From a bacterium (GTDB lineage Bacteria; SAR324; JACQKK01), in contig OZ251219.1 of NCBI GenBank assembly GCA_965240465.1, forward strand, positions 1,504,001 through 1,568,000: a stretch of 64,000 nt of DNA, read 5' to 3'. Made by a program: the position numbers and the translations under genes. The notes below the pieces were generated by a model. The model was not told the DNA's origin and made no database searches. It saw nothing but the letters and a program-made list of their open reading frames with translations. This document shows, piece after piece, positions 60,293 through 64,000 of this stretch. Numbering within the stretch: position 1 is the stretch's first letter; each line of letters begins with the position of its first letter.

Positions 60293-61294
60293 ATGAAGAT
60301 AGGCATTGTAGGATTATCAGGGAGTGGCAAAAGCACCTTATATCGGGCTTTGGGAGGTTCTAGCGGTGAGGTCTGTACCATAAAATCTCCTGATGAGCGA
60401 GTGGATGCCCTAGCCAAGCTGAGTGGCTCTAAAAAGCGTACCTATGTGGAGGTGAGCTTTGTTTCTTCTTCGGGAGGGAGTAATTTTCAGGCTCTGCAAG
60501 CGGATGCCCTAGTAGTAGTGTTGAGAGGCTTTGACAGCAGTACCCCTGCCTCGCCAGCAACCGAATGGAAAGAATGGGAATCCGAACTGATCTTAACCGA
60601 TATGGAGCTGTTAGAAAATCGCATTTCACGGCTACACAAAGAGCATAAGCCCGAACAAAAATCAGAGCTTGAATTATTGCAGCAATGCTTGGCTCATCTG
60701 GAGAATGGTAAGCGTTTGATTAGCTTTTCACGGGATAAGCAAGCCCAAAGAATTCTAAGTGGATACTCGTTATTATCAGCTAAGCCCGTCTTGCCCCTGC
60801 TAAACTTGGATGAAAACCGCTTCACCGCTCAAGAGCGATCGCTACAGCAATCGCTACAGCAATCGCTACAATCGCTGCAAACCGCCCCCGAATGCCAACC
60901 CATGAGCCTCTGCGCCCAACTGGAAATGGAAATAAGCCAGCTATCAGCCGAAGAACAACCCGAATTCTTAGCCAGCTTGAACCTAGAAAAACCCGTCCGA
61001 GAACGCTTTATTCAAGCTGCCTTTGGTATGTTGGATCTCATTTGCTTTTTAACCACCGGCCCCGAGGAAAGTCGTGCTTGGTCAATCTCCTCAGGGTCAT
61101 CGGCTCAGCAGGCAGCAGGCAAAATCCATTCCGACATCGCCCGAGGCTTTATCCGAGCTGCGGTCATTCCCTATCAGCAGTTGCTAGAAATCGGCTCGGA
61201 AAAGGAAGCCCGCCAGCAAGGGAAAATCCGCTTGGAAGGCAAGCAGTACGTGGTTCAAAATGGCGATGTCATTCACTTCCGCTTTGCAACCTAA
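60293..61294 (+). CDS. ychF: YchF-family ATPase, shortened and divergent
   Basis: GIVGLSGSGKST, LLSAKP, AAGKIHSDIARGFIRA, EGKQYVVQNGDVIHFRF. Confidence 0.85.
   Translation: MKIGIVGLSGSGKSTLYRALGGSSGEVCTIKSPDERVDALAKLSGSKKRTYVEVSFVSSSGGSNFQALQADALVVVLRGFDSSTPASPATEWKEWESELILTDMELLENRISRLHKEHKPEQKSELELLQQCLAHLENGKRLISFSRDKQAQRILSGYSLLSAKPVLPLLNLDENRFTAQERSLQQSLQQSLQSLQTAPECQPMSLCAQLEMEISQLSAEEQPEFLASLNLEKPVRERFIQAAFGMLDLICFLTTGPEESRAWSISSGSSAQQAAGKIHSDIARGFIRAAVIPYQQLLEIGSEKEARQQGKIRLEGKQYVVQNGDVIHFRFAT
60838..60880. repeat. 12-bp coding repeat (SLQQ) inside ychF
   Basis: ATCGCTACAGCA units. Confidence 0.85.
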
Positions 61295-61297
61295 CCG

Positions 61298-61325
61298 CAC
61301 TGCGATCCATCACTGCGATCCATCA
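61298..61325. repeat. 13-bp duplication (CACTGCGATCCAT) filling the convergent junction
   Basis: Read directly. Confidence 0.85.
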
Positions 61326-63953
61326 AGGGCTGCACTGAATAGGACACTGAATATGGCTTGAAGGCTGATAACAAATGAGATCGCCTTCTACTTGAACATC
61401 GCTTTCTGCTTTATATGACTTCAGGCTGGGATATTTGCCCGCGGCGAAATCCCAATTAAAGCCATTCCAGCCATCGTAGCTACCATTATCGCAGAGCTGA
61501 TTGGAGGGATCGGTAATGTTCCAAGTGCCACCAATATTGGCAGCCTCGCAGGCAGCTTGAGTATCGGGAGCTAGGTTGGTCAAGGTCTGTAGTTGCTCGG
61601 CAGTTTTGCCCCGTGCCTTAGTTGAATCCAGGGTGAGCTCCGTCCCACCGCTTAGAGAAATATCAGTGTCATAATAGCTATTGGTGATCTCACCTACGTT
61701 ATTAAATATTGTTCCCACCAATCTACCTACTTTGTCTGCACCTTCCCCTCCATCAACCGCAACTAGAGCATAGCTGTCCCTAATATAGATATTTAAGAAA
61801 CCTTGCTGAAAGAAGCCTTCCACCCCAAAAACCCCTACCAAACCACCTACTGTGTCGTTACCCGTGCCACCATTAGCAGGACCAGTAGCATAACTGTTTG
61901 CAATGATGGCATTAGATACAAAACCATAAGTACTTCCTAGATTAATCCCCACCAAACCACCTACTGAATCATTATCTTCATCACCATTGACTGTACCAGT
62001 CGCATAGCTGTTTTGGATCAGCCTTCCATTATTCCCCACCAAGCCGCCTACATTATCACTACCCGTGCCACCATTGACTGTACCAGCCGCATAGCTGTTT
62101 CTAATATAGCCGTTATTATACCCTACCAACCCCCCCACTTTGTCATGATTAACACCGCCATAAACATCTCCAGTGGCATAACTGCCCGCAACATTACCTC
62201 CTACAATCTCCCCTACTAACCCCCCCACTCTGTCATTACCACCTGAACCACCATAAACATCCCCAGTCGCATAACTACCTTCAACATTACTTTTGTAAAG
62301 ACTCCCTACCAACCCCCCCACTTCGTTATCACTACCTGAACTGCTAGTTACATTTCCAGTGGCATGACTGTTTTTAATCAGGCTATTTTCTATAGCTAAC
62401 CCTGCCAACCCGCCAACCCTGTTGGAATTACTACTGATAATAACACTGCCCACGGCATAACTGCTTTCAATCTCACCTTTGTTTACCGTTCCCACCAAGC
62501 CACCTACAGAGTTACGCCTACCCTCATCGCCAGCAACATCACCCGTGGCTAAGCTGTTTCTTATTATACCTTCGCTATATCCCACCAAGCCACCTACATG
62601 GTTAAACTTACCCGCACCGCCAACAACATCGCCCATGGCATAACTGTTCACGACAGTCCCATTATTGCTTCCCGCTAATCCTCCTAACTCATTACCTTCA
62701 CCCGCACCACCAGTAACATCGCCAGTGGCATAGCTACTCTGGATGATACCCTCACTACGCCCTACCAACCCGCCAGCTCGCACATAATCACCATCGGCAA
62801 CCGCAATCTCTAACTCAGCCGAAACATTATCTATTACCCCACCACTCCTTAACAAAGCTACCACCGCACCTACAAAATTAGGAGACGCATCCGCTCCCAT
62901 TGCCCAACTGCTATAAACAAAACCTGATTCAAACGATAAGTCGCGAACCGTACCACTTAACACCGCAAAAAACCCCGTGTGTTCGGTGTCGTTATCAAGG
63001 TTGAGATTATTGATGGTATAATTACCTCCATCAAAGACAGCCTCAAAGGGAGCATTCCCACTGCCTATTGGACTCCAATTAGACAGAGAAAGTAGCTCAA
63101 TGTCGTTCACCAGTTCATAGCCATTGCACCCCGTACTCGGACAACCAATGCTAGAACCTGTATCGGCATCACTGATCTTGTAGCTATCGCCTGCCAAGTT
63201 GTAGCGAATGTTATTCAACTGAGCCAAATTAGAAATATCAATTAAACCATCGCCATCTCTATCGGGATCTTGACCGCCCGCATCGGGGTCTTCCAAAGAA
63301 TCTAGGCAACCATCCGAGTCGGCATCGTTGATGGCAGTATCCCAGTTTTTTGCTCCTACTGGGCAATTATCGGAAGTGTCTGCTATTCCATCATTGTCAT
63401 CATCGGAGTCCGCGGAATCCAATTCACCGTCATTATCAGCATCGGTACCTGCACCCTGATCTTCATCCGTGCTGGCATCCTGACAACCATCTGAATCGGC
63501 ATCTTCTGCGGTGTTGCTCTGCCATAATCTCGTTCCTCTTTGGCAGCCATCTGCTGTATCTAAGATGAGGTCATTGTCATCATCAAGGTCGGTAGTATCT
63601 GGCTGGCCATCATTATCGTAATCGCTGCCTAGGCCTTGGTCCTTATCCTCTTTATGAGAATCAAAACAGCCGTCTAAGTCTTGGTCTGTGCTGGGACCAC
63701 TGACGAACCCTACTGGACTGTAACGGCATAAATCTTGGCTGTTTAGGATTCCATCACCATCGGAATCCCCGCTACTTTCCACCCCCACGCCCCCGACCCC
63801 GCCACCTCCACCTACTCCTCCAGTGCTGCTACCCCCCCCCTCCCCTCCCCCCCAGCAACCACTAACGAACAAGGCTAGAACTAAGAACAAGAAATGGATG
63901 CTTCCAGTATTCTTAGAGTTCATTATTGTGCTCCTCATTATTGTGCTTATCAT
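61323..63953 (-). CDS. Surface lipoprotein with thrombospondin type 3-like Ca-binding repeats and GLUG repeats
   Basis: Lipobox FVSGC; DxDxDG...D.C repeats; about 12 VGGLVG...NSYATG repeats. Confidence 0.85.
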   Translation of the reverse strand: MISTIMRSTIMNSKNTGSIHFLFLVLALFVSGCWGGGEGGGSSTGGVGGGGGVGGVGVESSGDSDGDGILNSQDLCRYSPVGFVSGPSTDQDLDGCFDSHKEDKDQGLGSDYDNDGQPDTTDLDDDNDLILDTADGCQRGTRLWQSNTAEDADSDGCQDASTDEDQGAGTDADNDGELDSADSDDDNDGIADTSDNCPVGAKNWDTAINDADSDGCLDSLEDPDAGGQDPDRDGDGLIDISNLAQLNNIRYNLAGDSYKISDADTGSSIGCPSTGCNGYELVNDIELLSLSNWSPIGSGNAPFEAVFDGGNYTINNLNLDNDTEHTGFFAVLSGTVRDLSFESGFVYSSWAMGADASPNFVGAVVALLRSGGVIDNVSAELEIAVADGDYVRAGGLVGRSEGIIQSSYATGDVTGGAGEGNELGGLAGSNNGTVVNSYAMGDVVGGAGKFNHVGGLVGYSEGIIRNSLATGDVAGDEGRRNSVGGLVGTVNKGEIESSYAVGSVIISSNSNRVGGLAGLAIENSLIKNSHATGNVTSSSGSDNEVGGLVGSLYKSNVEGSYATGDVYGGSGGNDRVGGLVGEIVGGNVAGSYATGDVYGGVNHDKVGGLVGYNNGYIRNSYAAGTVNGGTGSDNVGGLVGNNGRLIQNSYATGTVNGDEDNDSVGGLVGINLGSTYGFVSNAIIANSYATGPANGGTGNDTVGGLVGVFGVEGFFQQGFLNIYIRDSYALVAVDGGEGADKVGRLVGTIFNNVGEITNSYYDTDISLSGGTELTLDSTKARGKTAEQLQTLTNLAPDTQAACEAANIGGTWNITDPSNQLCDNGSYDGWNGFNWDFAAGKYPSLKSYKAESDVQVEGDLICYQPSSHIQCPIQCSP

Positions 63954-63969
63954 TGTTGGCTCCTCATTG
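63921..63969. repeat. Degenerate 15-bp repeat (CATTATTGTGCTCCT) across the gene start
   Basis: Read directly; gives alternative in-frame Met codons. Confidence 0.75.
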
Positions 63970-64000
63970 TTTGGCTGTTAATGATAATAAATGTTGGGAT

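Overview
64 kb of a diderm bacterial chromosome, carrying about 50 CDS. Deltaproteobacteria/SAR324-like affinity and a host-associated lifestyle are my inference, not a database result. Most genes are housekeeping or envelope genes: lolD-bamA-skp-fabZ-gnnA-like-lptF/G, a murC-murB fusion, moaA, serS, xseA, proS, mtnK, ndk, rmuC, galE, thiL, ruvB, rsmA, fbaB and ychF. Accessory content includes an MTase-HNH fusion, an AT-rich Hpy188I-like GIY-YIG restriction-modification pair, an AT-rich PLP histidine decarboxylase-like gene, a eukaryote-type glutathione synthetase, a secreted ankyrin protein, a TSP3/GLUG surface lipoprotein, and a three-gene cluster with two Rieske-fused enzymes. The most unusual signals are architectural. 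(1) About 25 mutually unrelated short tandem-repeat arrays (units 12-29 bp) fill many gene junctions; inside ORFs the units are multiples of 3, and several arrays grow out of stop codons. (2) The G/C strand skew follows a kilobase-scale sawtooth that does not track coding strand. I found no rRNA, tRNA, CRISPR array or transposase.
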